The notes beneath the pieces were generated by a model. The model worked only from the letters and a program-made list of their open reading frames with translations. It made no database searches and was not told the DNA's origin. Both the position numbers and the translations under genes were made by a program. Positions 1 through 12,601 of a stretch of DNA of 64,000 bases are shown here, in pieces. Source of the DNA: Hydrolagus colliei (lineage: Eukaryota); assembly GCA_035084275.1 (NCBI GenBank), contig CM068757.1:16802001-16866000 (forward strand), given 5' to 3'. Numbering within the stretch: the first letter of the stretch is position 1; each line of letters begins with the position of its first letter.

Positions 1-158
1 GTTGATATAAATATGAAGAAAACATTTTGTCCACAAAACAGTCACTAGACTACAGTCACACACACAGCCACTACACTGTACAGTCACACACACAATCTCT
101 ACACTGTACAGTCACACACACAGTCAACACACTGTACAGTATGTCCCTGTGAAGCGCT

Positions 159-700
159 TTGAGACGTCTCAATGATGGGATAAGGCGCTGGGTCAAACGC
201 CAGGAATACTATTATAAAAACGGGTTATACACACACACCCAGCGAGACACACACATGCACACTCACACACAGACATACACTCACACAGCTACACAGGGAG
301 AGACACAGAGAGACACCCTGACACTCACACAGCAAGAGAGGAACAAGCGCACTGACACTCACAGAGAGAGACACACACAGTCACATACACACACACTCAT
401 ACACAGCAAGAGATACAAACAGACACGCACAGAGAGAGAGACACACACAGACACACTCATAGACAGCAAGAGAGAGATGCACAAACACATACACAGTGAT
501 AGACACAGTGAGACAGAGAGACATACAGACACACACACACAGTGAGAGACACAGAGTGACAGAAACACAAACACTCACACACACACACAGACACTCACAC
601 AGCGAGAAAGACACAGACAGTAACATAAACCGAATCATGTACAGACAAACACACACAGACACATACACACAGACACATACAGAGACACGTCACAGAGCTG
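159..700. repeat. (CA)/(GA)-rich degenerate microsatellite
   Basis: acacacacag/agagagacac mosaics. Confidence 0.85.
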
Positions 701-724
701 CTCTCTTTCACTCTCTCCCCCATC

Positions 725-2080
725 TCTCTATTTCCCCCCATTATCCCTCTCCCCCCTTCCCTCCCCCCCCTCTCTCCCCCTCTCTGCCCCCTTCCCTCCC
801 CCCCTCTCTGCCCTCTTCCGTCCCCCCCTCTCTCCCCCCTTCCCTCCCCCCCTCCCCCCCCCTCTCTGCCCCCTTCCCTCCCCCCGCTCTCTGCCCTCTT
901 CCGTCCCCCCCTCTCTCCCCCCTTCCCTCCCCCCCTCTCTCCCCCCTTCCCTCCCCCCCCCTCTCTGCCCCCTTCCCTCCCCCCCTCTCTCCCCCTCTCT
1001 GCCCCCCTCTCTGCCCCCTTCCCCCCCCCCCCTCTCTGCCCCCTTCCTTCCCTCCCACTCCCTCTCTGCCCCCTTCCCTCCCCCCCTCTCTCCCCCTCTC
1101 TGCCCCCTTCCCTCCCCCCCCTCTACCCCCCTCTCTGCCCCCTTCCCTCCCCCCCCTCTCTGCCCCCTTCCCTCCCCCCCCTCTCTGCCCCCTTCCCTCC
1201 CCCCCTCTCTGTCCCCTTCCCTCCCCCCCTCTCTCCCCTTCCCCCCCCCCCTCTTCTCCCCTTCCCCCCCCCCTCTCCCCCCTTCCCCCTCCCCCCTCTC
1301 CCCCTCTCCCCCCTCTGCCCCCCTCCCTCCCCCCCTCCTCCCCCTCTCTGCCCTCCTCCCCCCCTCTCCCCCCTCTGCCCCCTTCCTCCCCCCCCTCTCT
1401 GCCCCCTTCCCTCCCCCCCCTCTCTGCCCCCTTCCTCCCCCCCTCTCTGTCCCCTTCCCTCCCCCCCTCTCTCCCCTTCCCCCCCCTCTCTGCCCCCTTC
1501 CCTCCCCCTCTCTCTGCCCCCTTCCCTCCCCCCCTCTCTGCCCCCTTCCCTCCCCCCCTCTCTCCCCTTCCCCCCCCTCTCTGCCCCCTTCCCTCCCCCA
1601 CTCTCTGCCCCCTACCCCCCCCCACCCCCCCCCCTCTCTGCCCCCTCCCCCCCCCCTCCCCCCCCTCTCTGCCCCCTTCCCTCCCCCCCTCTCCCCCCTC
1701 TCTTCCCCCCTCTCCCCCCTCTCTGCCCCCCTCTCTCCCCCCTCTCTGCCCCCTTCCCTCCCCCTCTCTCCCCCCCTCTCTGCCCCCTTCCCTCCCCCCC
1801 TCTCTCCCCCCTTCCTCCCCCCCTCTCTGCCCCCCTCTCTGCCCCCCTCTCTGCCCCCCTCTCTGCCCCCTTCCCTCCCCCCCTCTCCCCCCTCTCTGCC
1901 CCCTTCCCTCCCCCCTCTCCCCCCTCTCTGCCCCCTTCCCTCCCCCCTCTCCCCCCCTCTCTGCCCCCTTCCCTCCCCCCCTCTCTCCCCTTCCCTGCCC
2001 CCCCTCTCTCCCCCTCTCTCCCCCCCTCTCTGCCCCCTTCCCTCCCCCCCTCTCCCCCCCTCTCTGCCCCCTTCTCTCCC
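725..2080. repeat. C-rich polypyrimidine low-complexity tract
   Basis: Repeated CTCTCTGCCCCCTTCCCTCCCCCC-like units, with almost no A or G on the plus strand. Confidence 0.95.
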
Positions 2081-2084
2081 ACTC

Positions 2085-2771
2085 TCAGCGAAGTCTCGGT
2101 TGTGCCTTGCACGCTTTTGCCCCCTTGCCTGGACATGGGGTGAGACTGGAGGGGTTTCCAGTCCCTCTAGCGCAAAGACGTGGGCGTGGGAGGGGCCCAG
2201 GTTTGCGGGGCCCCACTCCCCCTCCTCTCGCCCCAACAGCTGAGCCCAGCCAAACACTGGCCAGGAAGGGGAGAACCTTGTTGAGGTGACAGCGATGGTT
2301 GGGTTGAGGAGCCAAAAGATGGGAGAACATCTCCAGGGCTGGTCTGGAGAAGCCTCGCCATTGGCTGGGGACCTGGCAGCCAGGCTCCTCGGCCATCCAT
2401 TGGCTAACGGAGAGTTGACAGGCATCCTGGGAAGTCTCCCAAGGGAAGTAACCGGTCAAGACTCCGTACAGGACAACACCAAAGGCCCAGACGTCCTCCA
2501 TGTTGGACACCTTGACCCCAACCTTCTGGGCGTCTTGTGTGGAGAGTTCTGGGGGGCTGTAGGGGGAGGAGGTGGGTGGGTGTTTGACCAACAGGCCCAC
2601 CCTCCGGACCAACCCAAAGTCACACAGTTTGACCTGGCGACAATCGCCATCAAACACCAGGACGTTTTCTAGTTTGACATCTCGATGGACCAGGTCTTTG
2701 GAGTGAAGATACTGCAAAGCCATGGACAACTGCCAGGCACAGCGCTTAGAGGCTGCTTCACCAATCCCCAC
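2085..2771 (-). CDS. SBK1-like: SBK-family kinase, coding exon 3 (HRD, DFG, C-lobe, stop)
   Basis: VGIGEAASKRC...HRDVKLENVLVFDGDCRQVKLCDFGLVRRVG...SSPYSPPE...DVWAFGVVLYGVLTGYFPW...PSQWRGFS. Acceptor ctctcAG at 2773-2772; TGA at 2087-2085. Spliced CDS is 172+203+687=1062 nt = 353 aa plus stop. Confidence 0.93.
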   Translation of the reverse strand: MGIGEAASKRCAWQLSMALQYLHSKDLVHRDVKLENVLVFDGDCRQVKLCDFGLVRRVGLLVKHPPTSSPYSPPELSTQDAQKVGVKVSNMEDVWAFGVVLYGVLTGYFPWETSQDACQLSVSQWMAEEPGCQVPSQWRGFSRPALEMFSHLLAPQPNHRCHLNKVLPFLASVWLGSAVGARGGGVGPRKPGPLPRPRLCARGTGNPSSLTPCPGKGAKACKAQPRLR

Positions 2772-3562
2772 CTGAGAGAGGGGGAGGGAGAGGGAGAGGG
2801 GGGAGGGGCGTGGGGAATAGAGAGGGAGAGAAGGAAAGAGAAGTTGAACAGGAGAGAGGGGTGGGGAAGAGAGAGAGAGAAAGAAGGAGCAAGAGAGGGG
2901 GAGGAAGGGAGAGAGGGGTGGGGGAGGGAGAGAGAGAAAGGGGTAGAGAGAGAGGGAGGGAGTGGCAGGGGGGGAGGAGAGAGGGGTGAGAGGGAAAGAG
3001 AGAGAAGGTGAGCAAGAGAGAGGGGTGGGGGAGAGAGTGAGAGAGAAAGAGGGAAGGAGATGGGGAGGGAGAGAGAGGGAGATAAACAGGGAGAGCAGTG
3101 GGTGAGAAAGGGGATGGGAGTTGGGTAGGGAAAAGGAGGGGAGAAGAGAGGGGGGGAAAGAGAGAGAAAGAGAGAGGTGAGCAGGAGAGAGGGGTGGGGG
3201 GGAGAGAGAGAAAGAGGGAGCGAGGAAGGGAGAAAAAGTGGGAGGGATAAACAGGGGGAGAGAGAGGGAGATAGGGAGGGAGAGAAATAGAGAGGGAGTG
3301 AGAAAAAGGGAGAGAGAAAGAGAGAGAGAGGGAGTGGAGAAACAGAGAGACAAATAGAGAAACCGAATAAGTGAGAGAGAGGGAGAAAGAAATAGAGAGA
3401 AAGTTCTTATCAATCTGTGATTGTCAGAGACTTTAAAATTCAACCCCAACTCAACTCAACCTCAACTTGCATGGCTAGGGCTCTAACCACTGAGCTACAG
3501 AACTGTTGCTTGCGAGCGAGGCCAGGGATCTAACTACTGAGCTCCAGGACTAAGCGATTTAC

Positions 3563-3765
3563 CTGAGGTTTGATGATGCTATATAGATCTCCGATTGGAG
3601 CAAATTCCTGTATAAAACCATAATAATCATCTGTCTGGAAAGCAATTCCAAAGATATTGACAAAGAGAGGGTTTGAGCAGAGATACAGAGACAGGCTGTA
3701 TTCACGGAGGAAACTTCTCTTGGTAGTCTTCCCTTTTCTCATCAACTTCAAAGCCATGGTTGTAC
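3563..3765 (-). CDS. SBK1-like: SBK-family kinase, coding exon 2 (catalytic Lys, alphaC, hinge)
   Basis: (G)TTMALKLMRKGKTTKRSFLREYSLSLYLCSNPLFVNIFGIAFQTDDYYGFIQEFAPIGDLYSIIKPQ. Polypyrimidine ctcAG acceptor and GTAAAT donor; 203 nt, phase 1 to 0, in frame with both neighbours. Resembles SBK1 GTKMALK...FLRE...QEYAPAGDLFDIIPPQ. Confidence 0.92.
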
Positions 3766-4696
3766 CTGAGAGAGAGAGAGAGTGTAAGACAAAGACTGTG
3801 TGAGAGGGAGAGACTGAAAGAGTACGAGACAGAGAGAGGGAGAGAGACTGAGAGGGAGATGGCGAGAGAGACTGAGAGAAAGACAGATTGAGACAGAAAT
3901 AAAGAGAGAGATTAAGACAGAGTCTGAGAGAGCTACAGTGAGACAAGGAGAGACTGAGATAGAGACAGACAGATAGAGGGACTGTGCAAGAGAGAGTCTC
4001 AATGAGACTCAGGAGAAAGGAAGACTGAGCGAGAGAGATTGAGACTAGATAGATTGAGGTGTGACAGGGATGTGGATAGATACATGAGGGAGTCAGGGGA
4101 AGGAGTAAGTATGGGAGGGAGATGGATACAGCCTTGGATGAAGACATATTGGATTGAGTTGCAAGACGGAGGTGGATAGAGATTTAGGGGTGTCAGGGGA
4201 TGGATTGAGGTGTGAGAGAGAGACTTGGATGAAGTCAGGAGATGGATTGAGGTGTGGGAGGCAGATGGATAGAGACTTGGGGGGGAGTCGGGATGGATTA
4301 AGGTGTGAGAGGGAGATGGGTAGAAAATTGGTGGCGATGGATAGAGACTTGGGGGAAATGGATATAGACTTGGGGGGAGTCAAGGGATGGAGTGAGTGTG
4401 AGAAGGAGATGGATAGAGACTTGGCTGGTGTCAGAGGATGATTGAGGTATGAGAACGAGTTCTGGTTCTGAGACGCCGTCCGGCATGGAGGGCGCTATAT
4501 AAATCAAAGTTGTTGTTCTTGTTGGTTGTAGTCAGTGGATGCATGAAGGTGTGAGAGGGAGATGGGTAGAGATTTGGGGGAGATAGATAGAAACTCGGGG
4601 GAGTTAAGGGATGGAGTGAATGTGTGAGGGAGATGGATAGAATTGCGGTGAGTCAGGGGATGGATTGGGTGTGAGAGCGAGATGGATAGAGCCTCA

Positions 4697-7040
4697 GAAT
4701 CATAGAATTTTACGGCACAAAAGGAGGCCATTCGGCCCATCTAGTCTGTGCCAGCTTTGAACAAAGCAACTCAATCCCACTGCCCAGCTTTCTGCCCATT
4801 ATCTTCCTAGATAAAGATCTAATTCCCCTTTAAAAGCTGTTATGGAATCTGCTTCCACCACCTTTTCAGGCAATGCATTCCAGATTCGACCAACTCGCTG
4901 AGTGAAAACATTTCTCCTCAGCTCCCCTCTGCTTTGTTTTGAAACTATTTTAAATCTGTGACCACGAGTCACTGATTCGCCCACCAGTGGAAACAGTCTT
5001 TCCCTATTCACCCTGTCGAAAACTCTCATAATCGTATAAACCTCTATCAGGTCTCCTCTCAATCTTCTTTGTTCAAGAGAGAATAAGCCTAGCCTATCTA
5101 GCCTTTCCTCACAGCTGAAGTCCCTCATTCCTGGTACCATCCTAGTAAATCTCCTCTGCATCCTTTCCAATGCCTTAATATCCTTCCTAAAGTGTGGTGA
5201 CCAGAATTGTACACAGTATTCCAGCTGAGGCCTCACCAAAGTCTTATAGAGGTTAGTCAGCACTTCCTGACTTTTGTACTCTATACCCCTATTTATAAAG
5301 CCTAGTATCCCATATGCCTTCTTAACGGCCTTGTCTACCTGTCCTGCCACTTTCAAAGAGTCACTCTGTTCCTTCACACCCTTTAAAATTGTACTATCTA
5401 GCCTATATTGCCTCCCCTAATTTCTTCTCCCAAAGTGTATCACCTCATACTTCTCTGCATTAAACTTCATCTGCCATGTGTCTGCCCACTTTACCATTGT
5501 ATCTATATCCTCTTGCAGATGGTTACTATCCTCCTCACTATTTACTATTCTCCCTAACTTAGTATCATCTGCGAATTTGGAAACCGTACTCCCTACACCC
5601 AAATCCAAATCATTAATATATATTAAAAAGAGCAGTGATCCCAAAACTGATCCCTGGGGGGCGCCACTGCACACTTCCCTCCAGTCTGAAAAGCAGCTGC
5701 TCACCACAGCTCTCTGCTTTCTGCCAGTTGTGGATCCACGCTGCCACTGTCCCTTTAACACTGTGAGCCTCTACTTTCCTAATAATCCTCTCATGTGGCA
5801 CTTTGTCAAATGCCTGTTGAAAGTCCATGTAAACTACACCAACTGCGCTGCCCTCGTCCACCCATTCTGTTACAGCGAAAAAATTTTCTATCAGATTTGT
5901 AAGGCAAGTCCATGCTGGTGGCCTTTATCAGGAAAGCCATATATTTTTCTGAGTGAAGATCTATCTTGTCCCTGATTATCGACTCTAGAAGTTTGCCTAC
6001 TACTGACGTTAGACTGACTGGCCTGTAGTTCCCAGGTTTGCCCTTCTGCCCCTTTTTATACAGGGGAGTAACATTAGCAACCTTTAGGTATAGTCCACCA
6101 CAGTTAAACTTGGGATCAACAAAAGTGGGAGAGCAGTTTAACAAGGGAGAAGAGCAAAGTCAAAGTATCGCTCAAGGTATAAATCAGGAGATTAGCGGAG
6201 CATGTAGTAAAGGAAAGACACTAATTGTAGGTGATTTTAACCTGCACATAGACTGGGACAACCAAATTGGGAAAGGTAAGATAGAAGAGGAGTTTATAGA
6301 ATGTATTAGAGATAATTCCTGTGCTTCCCTTCGTAACCTAGGATGTATCCCATCCGGACCGAGTGACTTATCTACCTTGAGTGCCATCAACCTTTTTAGT
6401 ACTTTCTCTCTGGTTATGCTTATCTTATCCATTTCTACTACCCTCTCCAATAATACTGTGACATTGGCTGCATCTTCTTCTCTTGTGACCTCCGGCGTGG
6501 AGGGCGCTATATAAATCTAAGTTGTTGTTGTTATTATTGTTGTTGTGAAGATAGAGGCAAAGTACTCATTCAGTACATCAGCCATGCCCTCTGCCTCCAC
6601 AATAAGATTTCCTCCTTGGTCCCTTATTGGCCCCACCCTACCCTTGACCAATCTTTTACCCGTTACCCTTTTTACCCTATTACCCTTAATATGTTTGTAA
6701 AATACCTTAGTGTTACCTGCTAATTGTTTCTCGTGCAGTCTTTTTGCCCCTCTAACTTCCTGTTTTAGTTCTCTCCTGCACTTCCTATAGTCCGATTGGT
6801 TGAATTCTGTATACTTGTCATAAGCCTCCTTTTTTGCTTTATTTTCACCCCAATTGCCCTAGTCCTCCAGGGAGGTTTGGATGCCCTACATTTTACCTTT
6901 TTTGGAATGTTTCTAACCTGTGCCCGAATTATCTCTTCCTTGAAGACTGCCCACTGCTCGTTAGCTGTTTTACCTGCCAATCTTTCACCTTGGCTAGGTC
7001 CCGCTTTAGCTCACTGAAATTAGCCTTCTTCCAGTTGAGT
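4697..7040 (-). mobile_element. CR1 LINE fragments (RT C-terminus, 3' UTR, more 5' pieces) in kinase intron 1
   Basis: SLKVAGQVDKAVKKAYGILGFINRGIEYKS...LEYCVQFWSPH...GHRFK...FTQRV..IWNALP; YMDFQQAFDKVPH; PGNYRPVSLTSVVGKLLE; (agaatcat) tail. Confidence 0.93.
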
Positions 7041-7044
7041 GTCT

Positions 7045-8305
7045 TCACCTTTGATTGGAGTCAGGGGAAGGATTAAGGTGAGAGAGGGAGATGGATAGAG
7101 ACTTGGGGGAGATTGATAGAGACTTGGGTGTGTCAGGGGATGGTTTGAGTGTGAGAGCAAGATGGATGGAGAGTTGAGGGAAGTCAGCCAATGGATTGAT
7201 TTGCGAGAGGGAGATGGATAGAGTCTTGTATGAGTCAGGGAGTGGAGTGAGTGTGAGATGGATAGAGACATGGGGATAGTCAGGGGATGGATTACTGTGT
7301 GTGAAGGAGATGGAGAGAGACTTGGTTGGAGTCATGGGATGATTGCAGTATGAGAGATGGATGGAGACTTGCTGGGAGTAGGGGATGGAATAAGTTGTGA
7401 GAGGGAGATGGTTAGAGACTTGGGGGAGATGGAAAGAGTCTTGGGCGTGTCAAGGGATGGATTGTGGTGTGAGAGGGAGATGGGTAGAGCCTTGGGGGAG
7501 TCTGGGGATGGATTGAGTGTGAGAGCAAGATGGAGAGAGAATTGGGGGAGATGCAAGGAGTCTTGGGGGAGTGGGGTGAGTGTGAGAGAGGGAAATGAAG
7601 AGAGACCTGGAGGAGATGGATAGAGATTTAGGGGAGTCAGGCGATGGTTTGATTTGCGAAAGGGAGAAGGATAATGATGTGGGGGAGTCAGCGAGTGGAG
7701 TGAGTGTGACGGGGGAGATGGAGAGACCCTTGAGGGCATAGAGTGAGTGTGAGAGAGGGAGATAGAGAGAGACTTGGGGGAGTCAGATAGTGGATTGAGT
7801 ATGAGAGAGAAATGGAGAGAGAATTGGGGGAGTCAGGGCATGGAGTGAGTGTGAGGGCAGAGATGGAGAGAGACTTGGGGGAGATGGATAGAGATTTGGT
7901 GGAAGTCAGGGGATGGATTATGGTGTGTGAAGGAGATGAATAGAGACTTGGTTGGAGTCATGGGATTGATTAAGGTGTGAGAGGAAGATGCGTGGGTGAT
8001 GGATAAAGACATGGGGGAGTCAGGGTGTGGAGTGAGTGTGAGGGCAGAGATGGAGAGAGACTTGGGGGAAATGGATAGAGACTTGGCTGGAGTCAGGGCA
8101 TAATTGAGGTATGAGAGGCAGATGAATAGAGACTTGGGGGAGATAGATAAAGACTTGGGGGGAATAGGGGGATGATTGAGGTATGAGAGGGAGATGGATA
8201 GAGACTTCATTGGAGTCAGGGGTTGGACTGAGGTGTGAGACGGAGATGGGTAGAGACTTGGGGGTGTCAGGGAGCGGAATGAGATGGAGAGAGACTTGAG
8301 GGAGT
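7045..8305. repeat. Degenerate purine-rich tandem repeat (GATGGATAGAGACTTGGGGG family); a second block lies at about 4040-4690
   Basis: The motif gagatggatagagacttgggggga recurs with variable linkers. Confidence 0.8.
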
Positions 8306-8312
8306 GAGATAC

Positions 8313-8484
8313 CACGGAATCGATGGGTGACAAGCTGGACTTTTCCGTATGTTCCAGATCCCAGATCTTTGACCACTTGGTAATGGTCAGAGATGTTGAT
8401 CGTGTCCAAGTTCTGTGATGTGAGGAGCATCAGCTCCTCAATGAAGAGATCGGGGCCAAGATTAGAACCAGGAAGGGCAGCCAT
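8313..8484 (-). CDS. SBK1-like: SBK-family Ser/Thr kinase, coding exon 1 (ATG, Gly-rich loop)
   Basis: MAALPGSNLGPDLFIEELMLLTSQNLDTINISDHYQVVKDLGSGTYGKVQLVTHRFR+G has a GxGxYG loop. Phase-1 donor GTATCT at 8312. An acceptor (ctcgcAG, 8490-8489) lies 4 nt before the ATG, so an upstream exon exists. Orthology among SBK1/2/3 is unresolved. Confidence 0.9.
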
Positions 8485-8494
8485 TATCCTGCGA

Positions 8495-10115
8495 GAGAGG
8501 GGGTGGGAGAGAGTGTGGGGGAAGGGGAGAGAGGGAAAGAGTGGGGGGTGGAGAGGGAAAGAGAGAAGCAGATGGGGATGAGACGGGTAGGGGAGAGAAT
8601 GGGAGAGATAGAGAGAGAGAGAGACATAGTGGGGCAAGAGGGAGAGAGGGCGAGACAGATGGAAGAGTGGGAGGTGAAGAGAGAGGGAGAGAAAGAGGGA
8701 GGGAGAGAGAGGGGAGGAGTGATGAGAGAGAGGTTGGGAGACAAGCAGAGAGCGGGAGAGGGGAGAGATGGTGAGAGAGAGTGGGGAAAGGGGAGAGAGG
8801 AAAAGAGTGTGAGATGAGAGACAAGCAGAGAGAGAGAGGGAGGAAGGGAATAGCGGGTAGAAATGGAGAGAGGGTGATAGTGGGATTAGAGAGGGAGAGA
8901 GGGAGGGAGAGGGAGGTTTGGAGAGAGGCAGTGAGAGGGAGAGATGGATAGGTGGAGACAGAGGGAGAAGTGGTGAGAGAGAGTGGGAGGTGAAGAGAGA
9001 AGCAGGGAGAGGGGAGAGATGGAGAGGTGGGGAGAGATGGAGTGGTGGAGACAGAGGGAGATAGGATGAAATAGAGAGTGGGAGAAGGGGAGACAGGGAA
9101 AGAGTGGGAGGTGGAGAAAGACAGAGAGAGAGTGAATGGCGAGGGAGATGGAAAGTGGGGTGAGAGGGAGAGAGAGGGGGAGAGGGGGAGGGAGAATGAG
9201 GGAGTATGTGGGAGGTAGCAAAGAGAGGGGTAGGTGGGGAGAGCGGGGGGGAGTTAGAGGGGGAGAGAGGGAGAAGGGGAGAGAGGGAGAAGGGGAGAGA
9301 GGGGGGGAGAGAGGGAGAGACGGGGAGCGAAGGAGAGGATGAAGGGGGAGGGGAGAGAGAGGGGTGGAGAGAGGGAGAGGGGGAAGAAAGACAGGGGGAG
9401 AGAGGGGAGAAGGTGGGGAGAGAGGGAGAGGGAAGAGTGGGAGAAACGGGGAGAGAAGGGGAGATTGGCAGAGAGAGGGGGGTAGGGAGATGAGGAGAGA
9501 GAGGGTAATGATGGTTGTGGGGGAGATTTGGATGTATGGAGGGAGGGGATAGAGGGGGATGAAGGTGGGGGTGAGAGAGGGTGAGAGAGACGGGGAGAGG
9601 GGGAGGAGAAGATAGAGAGGGGAGAGAGAGAGGGTGGGTGGAGATGGGGGAGAGGGGAGAGAGATGGGGAGAGAGGGAGGTGGGAGTGGGGAAGATAGAG
9701 GGGGAGAGATGGACATGGGAGGGGGAGAGAGAGGGGGGAGAGAGGGAGAGGGGCAGATAGGTGGTAGGGAGAGAAAAAGAGGTAGAGAGAGTGAGAAAGA
9801 GGGCAGTAGGAGAGAGCGAGGGTGTGGGGAGAAAAAGGGGGAAAGCGGGAGAGAGAGAATAAGAGGGGGAGAGTGAGGAGAAAAGCAGAAGGGGGGGGGG
9901 GCAAGGAGAGGGGCGTGGGGGAGAGAATGATGTACGTTGGGGAGAATGGGAGAGAGTGAGGGAAGGGGTGGGGAGAGAGAGAGATGCGGGAGAGATAGAT
10001 AGAGAGAAAGATAGGGAGAGGTGGGGTGAGGGAGAGAGGGAGGGGGTTGGGAGAGGTGGGGAGCAAGAGGTGGGAGTTGGGGGAGGGGGGAGAGAGAGAG
10101 AGAGAGAGAGAGAGG
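8495..10115. repeat. GA-rich polypurine low-complexity tract
   Basis: Almost exclusively G/A on the plus strand. Confidence 0.9.
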
Positions 10116-10354
10116 AACCGAGAGGGTTAGAGAAATAATAATAATCCTGGCATTTGAGACAATTCCTTAACATATCATTGAGACATCTCAAAGCGCTTCA
10201 CAGGACACACTGTTTAGTGTAGTAACCGTTTGTGTGGCTGTATCATGTAGTGACTGTGTGTTTGCCTGTATAATGTAGTGACTCTGTTCTGTGAGCGAAA
10301 CGTTGCAGCCAATTGCGCCCAGTGATGTCCTCACAGACAGCTGTGGAGAGGAGT

Positions 10355-11420
10355 GAGTGAGAGAGACTGTGAGTGAGGGAGAGTGTGTGAGTGAGGGAGA
10401 GTGTGAGTGAGGGAGTGAGGGAGTGTGAGTGTGAGTGAGGGAGAGAGTGTGTGAGTGAGGGAGAGTGTGAGTGAGGGAGAGAGTGTGTGAGTGAGGGAGA
10501 GTGTGAGTGAGGGAGAGAGTGTGTCAGTGAGGGAGAGTGTGAGTGAGGGAGAGTGTGAGTGAGGGAGAGTGTGAGTGAGGGAGAGAGTGTGTGAGGGAGA
10601 GAGTGTGTGAGTGAGGGAGAGTGTGAGTGAGGGAGAGTGTGAGTGAGGGAGTGTGTGAGTGAGGGAGAGTGTGAGTGAGGGAGAGTGTGAGTGAGGGAGA
10701 GAGTGTGTGAGGGAGAGAGTGTGTGAGTGAGGGAGAGTGTGAGTGAGGGAGAGTGTGAGTGAGGGAGTGTGTGAGTGAGGGAGAGAGTGTGTGAGGGAGA
10801 GAGAGTGTGAGTGAGGGAGAGTGTGTGAGTGAGGGAGAGTGTGTGAGGGAGAGTGGGAGTGAGGGAGTGAGAGTGTGTGTGAGAGAGAGTGTGTGTGAGA
10901 GGGAGAGAATGGTAGTGTGTAAGAGATTGTGTGTAATGGAGAGAATAAGAGTGTGTAATGGAGATTAAGAGAGATAGTGAGTTAATGAGCGAGTGAGGGA
11001 GAGAGAGACTTTGTGAGTTTCAGAGTGAAAGTGTTTGAGAGAGTGAGTGTGGGTGTGTGTGAGAGATTGAGTGTGAGTGAGTGAGAGTGTAAGAGAGTTT
11101 GAGAGAATGAGTGGGTGAGTGTGAGTGAGTGACTGAGTGAGGGAGAGAGAATGTGAGAGAATCAGAGTGAAAGTGTGTGAGAATCATAGTGTGAGAGATT
11201 GTGTGAGTATGTGAGTGTGAGTGTAAGAGGGCGAGTGTGTTAAAGTGAGTGTGTGAGAGTGAATGGGTGTGTGAATCAGTGAGTGAATGTGTGAGAGATT
11301 AGAATGAATGAGTGAGTGAGTGTGTAATGGAGAGAATAAGTGTGTGTGAGTGAGAGGGAGAGATTGAGAGAGTGTGTAATGGAGAGAATAAGAGAATGCT
11401 GTGAGGGAGTGTGTGAGAGA
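10355..11420. repeat. (GTGAGTGAGGGAGA)n minisatellite, decaying rightwards
   Basis: Direct tandem copies of gtgtgagtgagggaga(ga). Confidence 0.9.
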
Positions 11421-11592
11421 GACTTTCTCTCTCTCATGCAAACTTTCTCTTTGAATCGCTTTGTCTCTCTCCCTTCTCTCCCAGTATCTCTCTCAATCTC
11501 TGACACACATTCTCTCTGTCTCTCTCTCTTTCTGCCTCTCTATCCCTCAGTCTCTCACTATCTTTCCCTCCTGGACTCTATCTCTCAGTCTC

Positions 11593-12601
11593 CCCAGGCA
11601 GCAAGCCCATGTGGGCCCATGTGGCCATGTATCAGCCCATGTGCCTCCCATGTGGGGTAGTCCATGTGGGGATGTACTTGGGCTGGCCATGGGGGTATCA
11701 TGTGGGAAGCCTGGACAAGCCCACGTGGGCAGCAGGTATAGAGGCTTTCAACAGTCAATTGACCTGATTCACTTTGCAGCAGAGAGTGTGGTGGAGGTCA
11801 CAGGGTGTGTGTGAGAACTGGGACCAGTCAGTCAGTGAGTCAGGCTGTGGTTACCATGGCAATGGCTGATGATGTCAGTGGGTAGGCGGGGCTCCTGGTC
11901 CCTGCACCTTTTGGGCGGAAACCCCGCAGTTGAATCCATGCAGAGTAAAGGCACCAGAGACCTATTGTTGAGCAAGTGTCTTTTTGTGAGAGGACACGAC
12001 ATAACTTAAAGGTGTCATTGGCCATGCACAATGTACATTTGGCAAGGGAGGAAGTTCTCGGCCCATGTGAACACAAACAGCACAACGCATCCAAAACATT
12101 ACCCTGATATTAAAAACATACACATTATTCTATTGGTTTCTATCTTTCATTCTTGTGACTTTTATCCAATCAAATTGTTCATTAAATTCTCTTTTTGGGT
12201 TACTAGAAAAGGTATAAATGGTACATGGTCAAAAAGTTGATTACACTTCTCATCCAATCACAGTTGCTATATAAGCCACAAAATGCAAGAATAACGGATC
12301 TTAAGATTCTTAAATCACTGTAAACCACAGCATTTTACTGAGATTTCTCATGTGTTCCCATGTGAGTAGTCAGCATCACATTAGCAATATATAGTGATTT
12401 GTTTTCAATTTCATAGATGAACCCCATGTAATGCCCGTATGGGATAGCCCATATTTGGCCACATTTTACCCAGATTTGCCCAGATGGGCCCCAGATCTAA
12501 CCCATATGGTTATCTGGGCTGGCCCATATGGGTCCCATATGAATCTTGGGTGCAGAATCCTGTGGGACCCATATGGCCCCTACATGGGCTTGCTACCTGG
12601 G
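11593..12601. mobile_element. Non-autonomous DNA transposon with CCCAG termini (CMC/CACTA-like)
   Basis: Left end CCCAGGCAGCAAGCCCATGTGGG; right end (reverse complement) CCCAGGTAGCAAGCCCATGTAGG. Many subterminal CCCATRTGG repeats. No matching target-site duplication (TSD) seen. Confidence 0.65.

Noticed and set aside
496-2425. Long Pro-rich and Gly/Arg-rich ORFs (597 aa, 565 aa)
   Set aside because: Translations of the C-rich low-complexity tract; only the part overlapping kinase exon 3 on the minus strand is real.
8020-10191. 723-aa minus-strand ORF
   Set aside because: Polypyrimidine low-complexity translation; only 8484-8313 is a genuine exon.
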